Shown here: in pieces, positions 25,701-37,700 of the stretch
Layout of the letters: the number at the start of each line of letters is the position of its first letter
Position numbering within the stretch: position 1 is the first letter of the stretch
NCBI GenBank assembly: GCA_965113315.1
Contig: OZ220363.1
Origin: Podarcis vaucheri
Taxonomy: Eukaryota
Length of the DNA: 64,000 nucleotides
Strand: one strand, 5' to 3'
Made by a program: the position numbers and the translations under genes
Notes under the pieces: generated by a model
What the model was told of the DNA's origin: nothing
Database searches by the model: none
The model's input: only the letters and a program-made list of their open reading frames with translations

Positions 25701-28700
25701 CTCTTTAGCTAATGGGGCATCCTGCTGCCGCCGTGCTGCTGGAGCACAATTTCTATTCTCATCCTGAAGCAAAGTTCTTAACCCGAGGTACTATTTCTGG
25801 GTTAGCGGAGTCTGTAACCTGAAGCATCTGTAACCTGAAGCGTCTGTAACCCGAGGTAGCACTGTATTCACCTTTTCTGCTAAGCAGATCTGTTTACGAG
25901 CGAGAGACCTCCTCTCTCCCCACCCCTTAGTGGAACAGTTGTTCCACCAAGATGGCTGCAGGGGGAGCAAGACTATAAAACGGGGTGGGTGGGTCAGAGA
26001 AAAAAGAAAAAAGAGCCGGCCTTCTGCCTCCTTCAGCAGCAGACACTTATTGCTAGTAACAGAACACTAAAAACCAAAACAGGGCTTACTTTTTTTCTTC
26101 TGCAACATCCAGGATCTCTACAGGAGCTGGGGAGGAAGAGACAAAAGCAAAGCAATGAAGGCAGCCTGCCTGACATGAGCCACGCCACTCCTTATTCATT
26201 CCGCTGCAGATGGGAGAGCAGAGCAGACTCTCCCACTATGGCCTGGCAGAGCCCCTATGTAGGAGTTGGGGCTGCACATTTTTTTCATGGACATCAAAAG
26301 CCTTTGTGAAAATCAACCCCACAACTGTTTTCCTATGTGAACAAACATTTTAATCTCCTTCAGCCATAAATTATATAGCACTCTGAATGAGAACTGTTTA
26401 CAGAACTTTTTTGCATTCACTCCACCACAGCCCTTAAAAGATGCCATTATTTGCGGTCTAAATGTGAGAGAGGGCTTTTAAATCTTGATTTTGGAAGATT
26501 TGGGGGTAGGGGGAGAGGGAAGCCAGCAAGGTGACCTGAGGTAGGATCCCAGGCTACCTATGACATATGAGAGGGACTGCTGCTGCTGCTGCTGGTGGTG
26601 ATAGCTAGAGTGAAAACCAGGCGGGTAAGCAGGCCAGATGTGAATCAGGGACATGCGTGTGTGTTGGTGTGTATGCAGATGCAGTATTTTTCATCCCAAT
26701 GGAAGGACCCCTTCCTTTCTAATGAATGGCTACTGAGGTTCTTCTAAGTGCAAACCCATTTTGGAAGAAAATACCTCCCTATTTTCAACCCCCCCCCCCC
26801 CGTTTTTGCACACAGTCACTCTCAATTCCTTGGTGGGGTCAAAACTGTAGTACAACGTTCTTGGTGCAACCCAGTGTACCACTTACTATAGTGACAATTA
26901 AGGAGAGCATCGTTGATCCCATTTTACGGATGGAAAGCTGAGGCTGAAGTAATAGTGACTTTGCTCAAGGTCATACAGTACACTCAGAGTTAAAGATGAG
27001 AACCTATGTGAAAATTCACAACCTTTACTTCCTGGACTGCACCGATATTTGATTCTAACACTCACAGCCATCCTATGAAACTAACATGACAACAAAACAA
27101 CAAAACAACCCAGCGCCTTTTCTGGTCTGGCTTACCATTTTCAATTATGTATTTGACAATTTCCTTGCTCCCTGATTTGACGGCATGATGTAGAACAGTT
27201 TGGCCTGTCTGATCGCGCATCATCAAATCCCTGCCAGCCTTGTGCAGTTCTTTGAACTGCGGAAAGAAAGAACAACTTGAGATGAGCTAGACTCTTGTGA
27301 GGCAGGTTTTAAATTGAGGTGACTTTCACAAAAGGTTAAAAACAACCCAGCAAAGATCAAGAGCAATTCATTAAAAAAAAAAAAAGGTTAACAGCTGAAG
27401 ACCACTCAGAAAAGATGTTGTGTCAGGCAGAAGCATTAAAAAAAGGCTTTTCCAAACAGGTATGTGTTAATCCTTTTAAAAGGTAGTAGCAATGAGCATA
27501 ACCAGTGCCACGATGGCCTACCCTTGTCACCAATGTAAAACTCTTCTCATACTACGGGCATATGGAGAAAGCTGGGATAGCTCAGTTGGTAGAACATGAG
27601 ACTCTTTATCTCAGGGTCGAGGGTTCAAGCCCCACATTGGGTTACAGATTCCTGGCCTGCATTGCAGAGCATCGGAGTAGATGACCCTTTTTGGTTCCTT
27701 CCAACTCTACAATTCTGTGATTCTATTAAAAGGATCTCCTTGTAAAACAAGGTAAACACAGACTCACATAGGTGCATAATTATGCACAGTAGTAAGTTTA
27801 GAAGGAAGAGAATTTTTATTTTTAAAAAACCAGCACATGGTGAGAAACCACTCACTCTTCCTTGGTTACTTGCTCCTATAAAATGTACCTTATGGGGTTA
27901 AAGCAGACACATCATCATCGAAAAGTCACTAATAAAGGAATCCCATGGTTGACTCTATTGCCAGAGTCACTTTCAAGGCCATTGAATTAAAAAATATATA
28001 TACTTCCAAACTCTGAATCTGACGTGAATGAAACAGAACATAGCAAAAGCCCTACTGGATGAAACCCAAAAGGCTGTCTAGCCTAGCACCCCGTTCCCAT
28101 TGGCCAACCTGAAGCTTACATGCAGGACAGAAGTGCAATTGCCTTCTCCTGCTGTTCTTCCTCAGCAACCAGCACACTGCATCTGATTCTGGAGATAGTA
28201 CACAGCAGTCATGCCTAGTAGACACTGATGGCTTTATTCCCCATTAATTTGTCTAATTCACTTTCAGCCATCCATATTGGTGGTCATCACCACATCTTGT
28301 GGTAGTGAGAAGCACTGCAGAGCATCACACTTCAGGGTGAAATTTCTCTCTAAGCAAAACATTGTCCTGGTTTGCATATAATGCTAAACGGTGATTTATT
28401 AGACCATGGCTTATCATTAAATGTGAACCCATCCCACCAACTGTGGTTTGTTTGTTATGGTTAAAGGTCACTCATTAACCATGGTTTATAGTTGGTTTAT
28501 AAATCTTTGTTAACATTAACTATAGCTTCATATTACTGTGAACCCGGACCTCCTCCTTCACAATAGTTGAGGAGCCATCACTGTGGCAAAGTTAGAGCCA
28601 TGAGTGAAGAGTGGCAAAGAATTCAAAGAGCTCTCAAGGCTCCACTTCTCTTACTGCTTCTGTTAACTATTCTGTGATGAAATAAACCAAGGTTCAAGTG

Positions 28701-31700
28701 ATAAGTCTGCCAGAAGCCCCAGCTTCTGGCTTCTTATTTATTGCCCACTCCTCAACACGACATCTCATAAAAAAGATTACAGCAAATACAAAATACAAAT
28801 TGAAAACAGATTAAAAAAAACAAGCAAACCATGGTTTAGTGTTATGTGCGAACCAGGCAATAGTGTTAAATAATCCAGAATTCTATCAGAATAGGTACCA
28901 GGAGCACAATTTGACATATGTTTCCTAGCAGGGGTCACTATGGGTATGTGTCTACGTTGTGGGACTGTCATGCTCCTGACTTCAAAAGGAGGAGCAAGTT
29001 GTCTCTACGCAGAAGTAACCCCATGTCAGTCTCACTCCTGACTGCAGTAGGGATGGGTGTGGGATGCAATGAGGATCCTATAAGGAACATTCAAAATGGT
29101 ACTGATCTTCATGCGCACACCATCTAGGCAGTCTGATCAGATAACTAAGCACCAGTGTTTTTAAGCCATCAAGGTGTGCTTGTGGCATCCTGGCAGCCAT
29201 AGAAGGTTCACTCAGTAGGATGTTCACTGGGCACAGGACAAGAATCCTTAAAAGCAAGCCTTCATTGCCAGAAGTTATCCATTAGTGAAGGCTAACAAGC
29301 AGGTCGTTATCAAAAAGCTAGATGGTGCTACCAGGAGACTGCAGTAGTAGCATCATCATTGTATCTGACCCTAGTCAGAGATAGGGAGACAATGCCATGG
29401 CAAAGGTTACCAGACCCTCCCTAGCTCTGCAGCTTAGTTTTTAGCACATGGTAGCTGTTACCTTGTGGAAATCGTTATTCTTGGCAGCATCTATCAAAGC
29501 ATCATCTGCAAGAAGGAGACATAGGTTCAGGGTTACAAAACCAAGCAGGAGGGCAGGGAGAAGGTAGAGTGAGGGTCAGAGTGGGCAGACTGGCCAAAGA
29601 GACAGCAACTGGAAGCACTCCCACCATGTGAGCTGGGGGCTAATGAAGAAAAGGTCCTGCTCATTACCCAGGGACCTCAAGGGAGATTGCCTGTGACTTT
29701 TATCTGCCCACTAAGATGTCTGGACAGTAAAAGGCAGTGGTGTACTGCTGCCAAACATCCTCTACACCTCTAGACTTTTCTGACCTCCAGTTGGAGCTGT
29801 CTGGAGTCTGGGAGAAGGAAGGACAAGAGTGGAACAGAGAGACCACAACCCAGAGTGGTGATACTTAGCATAAACACAGAACGATTTATGTTAATTCAGC
29901 ATTTGTTGAGTATGCATTATCTCATTTTACTGTTTGGCTTTCCCCCTACTGCTGCTCTCCTCTTATTTACAAAGAGCGTTTGTGCTTGTGAATGCATGTG
30001 CACAAACACATGACAGTGTATTTGCATGTGAGAGGGAGAGATGACATGTGCATGTCTTGTGGACCATCACTGAATTTGATCTGCCACAGAGTGCCATGAA
30101 GGTACTGAGCAACTGAGAGAATGAGAGGGATCTCGGGAGTTTGGAAGGCACCAAAAGTTGCCGTGAGGGCCCAGGCATGCATCAAGGAGGACTCACAGCT
30201 CCATAAAACCCCCTGATGAATAGAAGGAACAAATAATGAAGGGAAGTCAGAGGGGTATTGGGGTGGGGAGTGGGAGAGGCAAGACCACGCAGTGATGTAT
30301 GGAAGGAAGGAAACATTCCAGCAGAGGGGAGGACAATTTGTCAAAGATAACTTGAAACCCGCAGGCCAATGAACAGTGAGCACGAAGAGGTGAAGCAGAA
30401 AGGGTGAGTGGAGGAGGGGGAAAGCAGGTATCCCCGAGGGGAAAGCGTTTGGGGATGCCTCTCCATCAGTGACTCACTCACACTTCCAGGAATTAAGCTC
30501 TATTCAAGCTCCAGGAAAACATTTTTCCATTTGCTCAACCGAGAGAGGCCCCTGAACTTTGCTCGCACATCCTGGAACCCTCACTGGTGCCTGGCAGAGA
30601 CTAACCCTGCTCCCCAGCCATGAATCCCAAATCTCTACAGGTGGGAGATTAACTCTGCGCCACGATGTTATTTCCAGACAGATTTTACAAATGAGGTGAA
30701 GAAGGAAGGTGGCTTGTTAAGTCAACGGGTGTCAGGTCTCGCCCAGCTAGTCATTCCTGCAGCTGCTCCCCGGAAGGAATTCCCTGGTCAGGGCCTCTCT
30801 GCAGCACTCAATCCATACAGCAGCAGGGATGAAGGTACTAAGGAACCAATTGAAGGCACTAAGGAACCAATCGCCCTGCATGCCACCACACACTGAAGCT
30901 CTCAGCCAAATCCGTCCCAAGCTGTACTGAAAAAATCTCTCGTTCCATCCTAACCTTTTGAGGACTCACCTTTCTGTGCAAGCACAATTGCGACACACAC
31001 ACACACCTTCCATCAATATGCATATTCAGATATGCACATTGAACTGATGCTTCCCAGGATTACGTCATCAAGTTCCAATGTCAACTCCTTCAATCACTGG
31101 GTAGTAGCCCATATACCCTGGGCTGAAAAATGTGTATTTTGACTAGGAATGGCTACCAAAGCAGCTACCATGTCCCAAAAAAGCTCCTCTAACCATCAGA
31201 GCTCAAGTTGTCCTGGAGGACCGGCTCCCCCACTTTCCAATAGTAGAGAAGCCATGGCATGGCACAACGTTGTGTGAATATTCTGGACTAATGTGGAGAA
31301 CAGTCTGTGTGAGTAAAATCTAGAAGGGCATATTAAATGCTACATGGAAAACCATCTGCAGCATTTCACTGAAAGTGACGCTGTGTTTTACAGAGGTTAA
31401 ATGTAACGTTAGACTAGGGGGTGGGGGACTGGGAGGCATGAAAATGAAGCACACAAATTTATAGGTTAGCATTCAATAATTGAGATAAGAAGGAGATATG
31501 CTCAAGGAGCACACTAAGAGTAAAACAGTCTCACCTTTGAGGGAATTGCAGCTCCCCATTTCTGAGCTGGGAAAAAAAAGAGAAAATCAAAGCTAAGAGA
31601 CTAGGTCCTTCCTAAAGCAGCTCTCTCCATCTGCTCAGCTCACCAAGAACTCTCTACCTGTCTAATTTGAAAGGGCCAATAATAGAATTAGCGGTGCTAT

Positions 31701-34700
31701 ATCAGAGATTCAGAATTCTATTTTGCTTTGCTCCGTATGATAGATCCAGATGAGGGAAGCACAGAACTGAGGTATGTAGCAGGGAATTCGCATCCTAGCC
31801 ATCTTAGTCCTGTTTCTCTTTTTGTACCAGCTTTGTTTACATCTGCCTCCCTTTCCAGTATCAGCATACCAGTCACGCTGCAACCCTGGCTTCGTATGCC
31901 ATAAGATCTATCGGCCACATGATCCTGAGTCAACTTCCATCCTACGAAGGTTAAAACAGATGAACTAATCGACAGCTCATCCTGGCACATCAATGCCAAC
32001 GGTGTAAGACTCCCTATGCCAAAGCATTCTCCCCACGTTCACATTGGAACATAAAGCAAACAGAAGAGGAATAATGACTGCCTGAAGGTTGAACTCTCAT
32101 CCTCCAACCTGCACCCATCCTTAAGCTATTCTTCCTTGGGCTCCTTCCCTCAACCTCGCCTGGTCTTTCTTACCTCCAGGCACTAAGCAGACAGCCTCAC
32201 CTGGAGACTGGTGTGGATGTTGGTGAACCTGGGAGAGCAGCGTTTTGCCTTATCGGTGTTGAGGGCACATCAACAAGGTCAGGCATGGCAGGAGATGTGC
32301 CCACTGTCTGGGTGCGCACCAGTTCTGGGTCCAACACAAAAAGCTCATCCTGAGAGATCTCCGTCACGTAGTTGAGATGTTCCTGAGAAAGTACAAGTCA
32401 ATCATTTTATGGATGGGATTTCTTCATGGTAAACAGTTATTAAAGAAGGGGTCTCTGTGTGTATTTTAAGATAATATGCAATGTGGATTTTCAGTATGGG
32501 AGTTCAGCGATTTGAACAAAATCCTGGGAAATTTGTTTTTTTCCTTAAAAGAAAGCAAGATTTCAATTTTGTTGGTCGTGGGAACAGGACTGGAGTTAAA
32601 AGAAAATTTGCCTCCATAAATTTAGAAAAAACATAAAGGATACAGAATCCAAAGTGGAATTTTGGCAATCTGTTTATACAATATATATTCTCTCCAACTC
32701 TGCTCTCTGCTTATCCAAGAGAGTCAGTTCTATTTTCCTAGTCCCCAGAAAAAAGGAGAAAATCCCACACAAAGCGACAATTACAAATTCTACAATGAAA
32801 ATTATACTGAAAATTGGAAATTTGTGCACCAATTTATTTCTATTGAAGAATTTTAGCTCTTTTGTTTCAGAATTTTAAACATAACAAAGCTCCAGATCTT
32901 GTGGCCACAACTGTGAATCATGCACTATATGGTTTACAGATGTAATACACTAGCACTACAGGGAAACTATGTAATGTCACTGGGGACAAATAAATAATTA
33001 CTTTTATTTCAGGTCTAATGCAGTGTTTCCCAACCTTTTTTGGGCAAAGGCACACTTGTTTCATGAAAAAAATCTCGAGGCACACCACCATTACAGCCCC
33101 GTGACGTCAGCGCGCAGCGTCACGCCGGGAGGGACATGAATTGCTAGCAAATTACATAATCACCTCCTTGAGGGCTGGCTCATCTTCTCCGAAGGCAGAA
33201 CCCCATTAATTAACAGCACAGACTCCAAGACTAGGGGGGAAAACCTCAGTCATGCACAGTCATGCACATGTGGGGGCTAAATGAGGACGAAGACCGGGCA
33301 GAGAGCAGGGTTCAAATCACCCCACCTGGCCAGGACAATCCCTGGGTGCTCCCGTGGGCCACTCGCCTGACCCACCTCGCAGGGCTGTTGTTGCGAGGAT
33401 AACACGGGGAGAACCACGCGCGCCCCCGGGAGCTCCTTGGAGGAGAAAGCGGGCGATGAATGCAATGCACAAAATATATGAGAGGCGACCAGGTTTTGCA
33501 GGTGAGGGGCCCCCGCCAGCCTCCGTTTCCAACACCCGGCGCAACGACGCCGAAGTTTCCCCCCGGGCTCGGCTCGGGGAGCAGCGCTGCTCCTCCCCGG
33601 CTCCCCTTTGCCCTCCCGGCTCTCTCTGCCGCCCACTGGGGACCCCCCTCACCTGCCAAGTCCGGAGCGCCGGTGGAAGTTGCATGCATGCATGCAGGGC
33701 GCCGCGTTGCCATTGCATTGCACTGAACTCCATGCAACGCCTGCACGCATGCATTGCCTTGCACGCCCGCCAAGGGGTCTCCCCGCGGTCCGATGCGTCC
33801 CCTCCGGCGCGGATGCAGCATTGCAAAAATAAAAAAACCCCGACGCAGCCCTACCTGGGGGGCAGCCTCCGCCTCCGCCGCTCCGCCTCCGCGGGGATCC
33901 CCGGGCTCCATCCTGCCGCCCGATCTCCGCGGGGGCGCAGGCAGGCTGCGCGGGGTCTGCGCGGAAGAGCCCCTGCCCGCCCGGTCGCCGCCGCGCTCAT
34001 TCCATGGCCTGGAGAAGAGCGTTTCAAACAAAACGCCCGGCCCGCCAGGCCACACTGGGAAACGTAGTTCGCGCACCTCGCGCGGGCGCGGAGCCCAAGG
34101 GCGAGGGGACTACGGATCCCGGCTGCCCCCGCGCCGGGGACGGAGGGGGAGAGGCCGGGTGCAGGGATGGAGGGACGGGTGGGCGAGTGAGTGAGTGGCA
34201 GCCGCCAAGCCTTGGCCGAGAGCCAGGAAGGGCCTCCCCGGAGGAGGAGGAGGAGGGAGGCGCAGAGTGGGAGGGAGGGAGGGAACCCCAGGGGTCATCT
34301 AGTGACGGCGCCCCAATCGAAAATTCGACTAAAAAAAAAATCTTTCGAATTTTTTAATTTTTCCCGCGGCACACCAGGCAACATCTCGCGGCACACTAGT
34401 GTGCCGCGGAACAGTGGTTGGGAAACACTGGTCTAATGTATGTACTAGCCTTTCCAAACCTCCCATGTTTCCTGGGCATTATTCTCTAGTGACATGCCAC
34501 CCTGAATATTTCTTTTTGGATGCACAGAAAATGAAAATATCTGACCTCAAGACTGAATCCCTTTATTAAATAAATATAATGGCAGGGGCCTGAGACATTC
34601 TGAAGGAAATGAAAACCAAGTTGCAAGCAGCAATGTATTCCATGGGCAGCATGCAGGCAGACAGTCTAAGATTCCACAGTCTCTTGAGAACAAACTGGAA

Positions 34701-37700
34701 CTCACCTGGGCACGGTCTATTCTGTAAAACCGATCGGCTGTAGTTGCTGCAAGAGAGGAAGAGAAGGACATGGAGTGTTTAGCGTCTATATATAGCCCCA
34801 GTGTATTCAAAGAAATTCACGTAACATCTTAGCAACCCTTACAACTGTGTGATATAGATCCAATATTAGCTCTGCGCCTGGACTATGAGGGTGATAAAGC
34901 AGAGGATGGTTATAAATCAGAGATTAATAGCATGCTTAAGGACACCTAGTGAGTTCTCACCTGAGGAGAGATATGAACCAGAGACAATCCCTGATTTATA
35001 GCTCGGTCTCTTACATTACAATCCTATATATGTCTACTAAGAAGACAGTTTCAAAAGGGCTTACTACCGGGTAAGTTAGTATAGAACAGCAACCTTAGTC
35101 ACTCTCAAATTTGGGTTAGTGGAACTAACGAGAGAACAGGAAAAGCAGAACTAGTTCATGAATTATACTTGATGCATATCAAGCATGTCAGCTGTAAAAG
35201 AGAGGTATATATGACACAACAGCAGAAGATTCCAAAGTGGCAGAGTGCTATTGTACTTTGTTCAGCTTGCCAGACAGTTGTCTCCCCCACCCCTTGTGGG
35301 CCAGGTGGGGGAGACAGGTGGGCATACCTATCAATCACCTAAGACCTTTTGTTTCTGCATGGGGGGTCTTCAGTCTCCACCCCTCAAAGCACTATCTTGC
35401 CCAGAGCAATGCTTTACAATCCTTACTGTGGCTCCTTATGAGAAAACAATTCAGTCAATGCCCACTGCCCTTTTGGATGGCAGGTTTAGCAACATTCCAA
35501 CTCAAAAATACCTAGTGGGAATGCAGGATTATTTTAATTTTTTGTTTCTTTTTGTATGACTGTTGTTTGATGAAATATACCCAAATGATTTGTGTCTCTT
35601 CAAGTATTTCTATATTTACTGAATTGTGGGGGGCAATGGCCTTGAGAAATAAATTGTTATCTTCCTCACAGCTTTGAAAGGGGTTTCTGAAGATCTGATA
35701 ATCAGCTGATTGTCAGATCTTAAAAAACAACAACACAAAACATTCCAAGTGCTATTTTGCTCAGTCCTTCGAAAGAAGCTTTGCAGTTGCAACCAATAAG
35801 TTGTTTAGGCACTGGGCTTGCAAGGAGGGCCATGAATGCTTGTTGTTACCAGGACCATTTGTGGTGACTATGTTGCAAGCTGGCAGTCAGCGATCCAAGA
35901 GACACTTGTAAGAATGGAACAGCTGCATTTCACATAGTACCGACAACAACAGAAGACAACTTTCCAAAATGCAGCTGCTGAATCTTCACCACAGAAATAC
36001 TACCTTGAGGGAACATGAGCAAATGAGCAACAACCTTGCATTTACTTTGCTATAATCAGATCATTTGGCAAGGACCTCCCATTTGAGCAGCAGTGGTCTT
36101 GAGCATCAAAGGACCAGCTAAACCCCAACAAAATAGACGCAGACAGGATGTTACCACGAGCAACAGATAGAAAGGCAATTAAAGGGGGTCCCCCCAAACT
36201 TTTTTTTGTGCCAACAGAAGTAAAGAGTACTTTTTTTGTATGCTGAGTAGCAGAGGGGAGCTTCCCAAATCTGCTTTGCAGCTGCTGTGGGACTTCCCTG
36301 TGCATTTGGATGATCTGCTTGCAGGTGTGGGAACTCTTGCCCTTCGCAACACAATGATCCACATTTAAGAAGTCACCATGGGAGTTTGCGTATCTTCCAT
36401 ATTGTGAGGATACACAATACATTTATATAAATGGTACACACCGAGTCAATTGGATAACTTCTAAAGTTCTGACCTTGGTACTGGCAAAATTGACTTCCTA
36501 GCCTATATATAGATCTATCTCTGTTTGGGTAGCTTAACTACTTCTTTCCTCATGCACTCTGGTTGGATCAATAGACAGATGGAGCAAGTAGATAGGATTA
36601 TCCTAACCAAGGTATTGCCAATCCTTCTCGTCACAGAGCACCTGTCAGATGCTTTAAAAAATCACATTGGCAGAGCAATCCAAACTGTGGCTGGACAAAG
36701 AGCAGGGAGTGGCTATATGTACAGCTCCATTGCTCCCAACAGACAGGCAGAAGGCAGGCAGGTGGAGAGGCAAAAGCTTGAGTTTACACCAGCCTAGTCC
36801 TGCTGTAATGATCAGGCCTAGATTGAGTGTGACGCCATCAAATGGTAGCAGTGGGGCTGGGCTAGGGTCTAGGGCCAGCCCGGCTCCTCTCTGCCCCTGA
36901 ATTGCCCGTTTTGGAGCTGTGTGTGGGTTGCCACCAGCAAGAAACCACCATTGGTCTTTCCAACCTCCCTCTCTTTCAGCAGGCGGAATGGGGAGCAGGT
37001 GCTGGCAGAGCCCAGAAGTTGTTCTGGGCTGGCACCTCTGCTCCACTCAACCCACTTTGCAGCAGATTGGGGTTTGGATTGCCCCCTAAGCACCTGCTGC
37101 TTTCTTTCTCCTTTTGCCAGTGGTGGATTAAATTCTCCTGCCTTCTCCTCACTGCAAGAAGTGAAGTTACAGGGAACCAGGCAGAGGGTCTTCTTGGTAG
37201 TTGCACCCGCCCTCTCATCAGATGTCAAGGAAATAAACATCTATCTGATTTTTAGAAGACATTTGAAGGCAGGGAGGTTTTTAAACGTTTGAGGTTTTAA
37301 TATTTTGTTGGGGGCAACCCAGTCAGACGAGCAGCATATAAATAATTACTATTACACAAAAGGCATTGGTAAAATATGCAGAAGATTTTGAGGTACACAG
37401 CTGTTTGATTATGGGAGCGGGGCCAAATAAAACAAATATACATCCGTTGGAACAGGCCCCCAAATACTCTCATTTTGTTCACTGTATAACTATGATCTGA
37501 GGACTCCTGAGGGCAGTGATCCGAGGGCAAGCTGGGGTGGGGAGAGAGAAAGGACTACAGCCCAGGTAAGTTGACCCTGTTGCATTATGGGAGCTCTCCA
37601 TAAGGCTGAGGAGGTAAGTGGTCAGACTGAGGTTGCTATGGCTGGGCCCTACAAAGACCGGGGAATTCTCCTTGGGAATAGAGCAGAAATAGTGAGGGGA

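Noticed and set aside
27571-27645. Functional tRNA-Lys gene (also tRNA-Ile-like at 52561)
   Set aside because: Mutated stems and direct fusion to CR1-type tails indicate SINE heads.
30067-30112. Alternative terminal exon after ctctcattctctcag ([14 protein letters not shown])
   Set aside because: Acceptor-like only; no suitable donor or poly(A) evidence.
30830-30871. 21-bp tandem duplication (and the 12-bp repeat at 40174) as an array or CRISPR-like structure
   Set aside because: Simple local duplications without spacers in eukaryotic intron.
30970-30973. 4-nt microexon cacag|AAAG|gtgagt
   Set aside because: Good donor, and frame-compatible together with the 16-nt unit, but weak pyrimidine tract and too short to support without reads.
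33855-33911. MEPGD start as a captured copy of DGKZ's own first exon (human MEPRD)
   Set aside because: Similarity is limited to 4 residues, and exon length and sequence differ; probably coincidence.
33277-34436. Long ORFs (up to 254 aa) on both strands in the hAT interior
   Set aside because: Low-complexity Gly/Arg/Pro/Ala frames expected from GC content; no transposase motifs.
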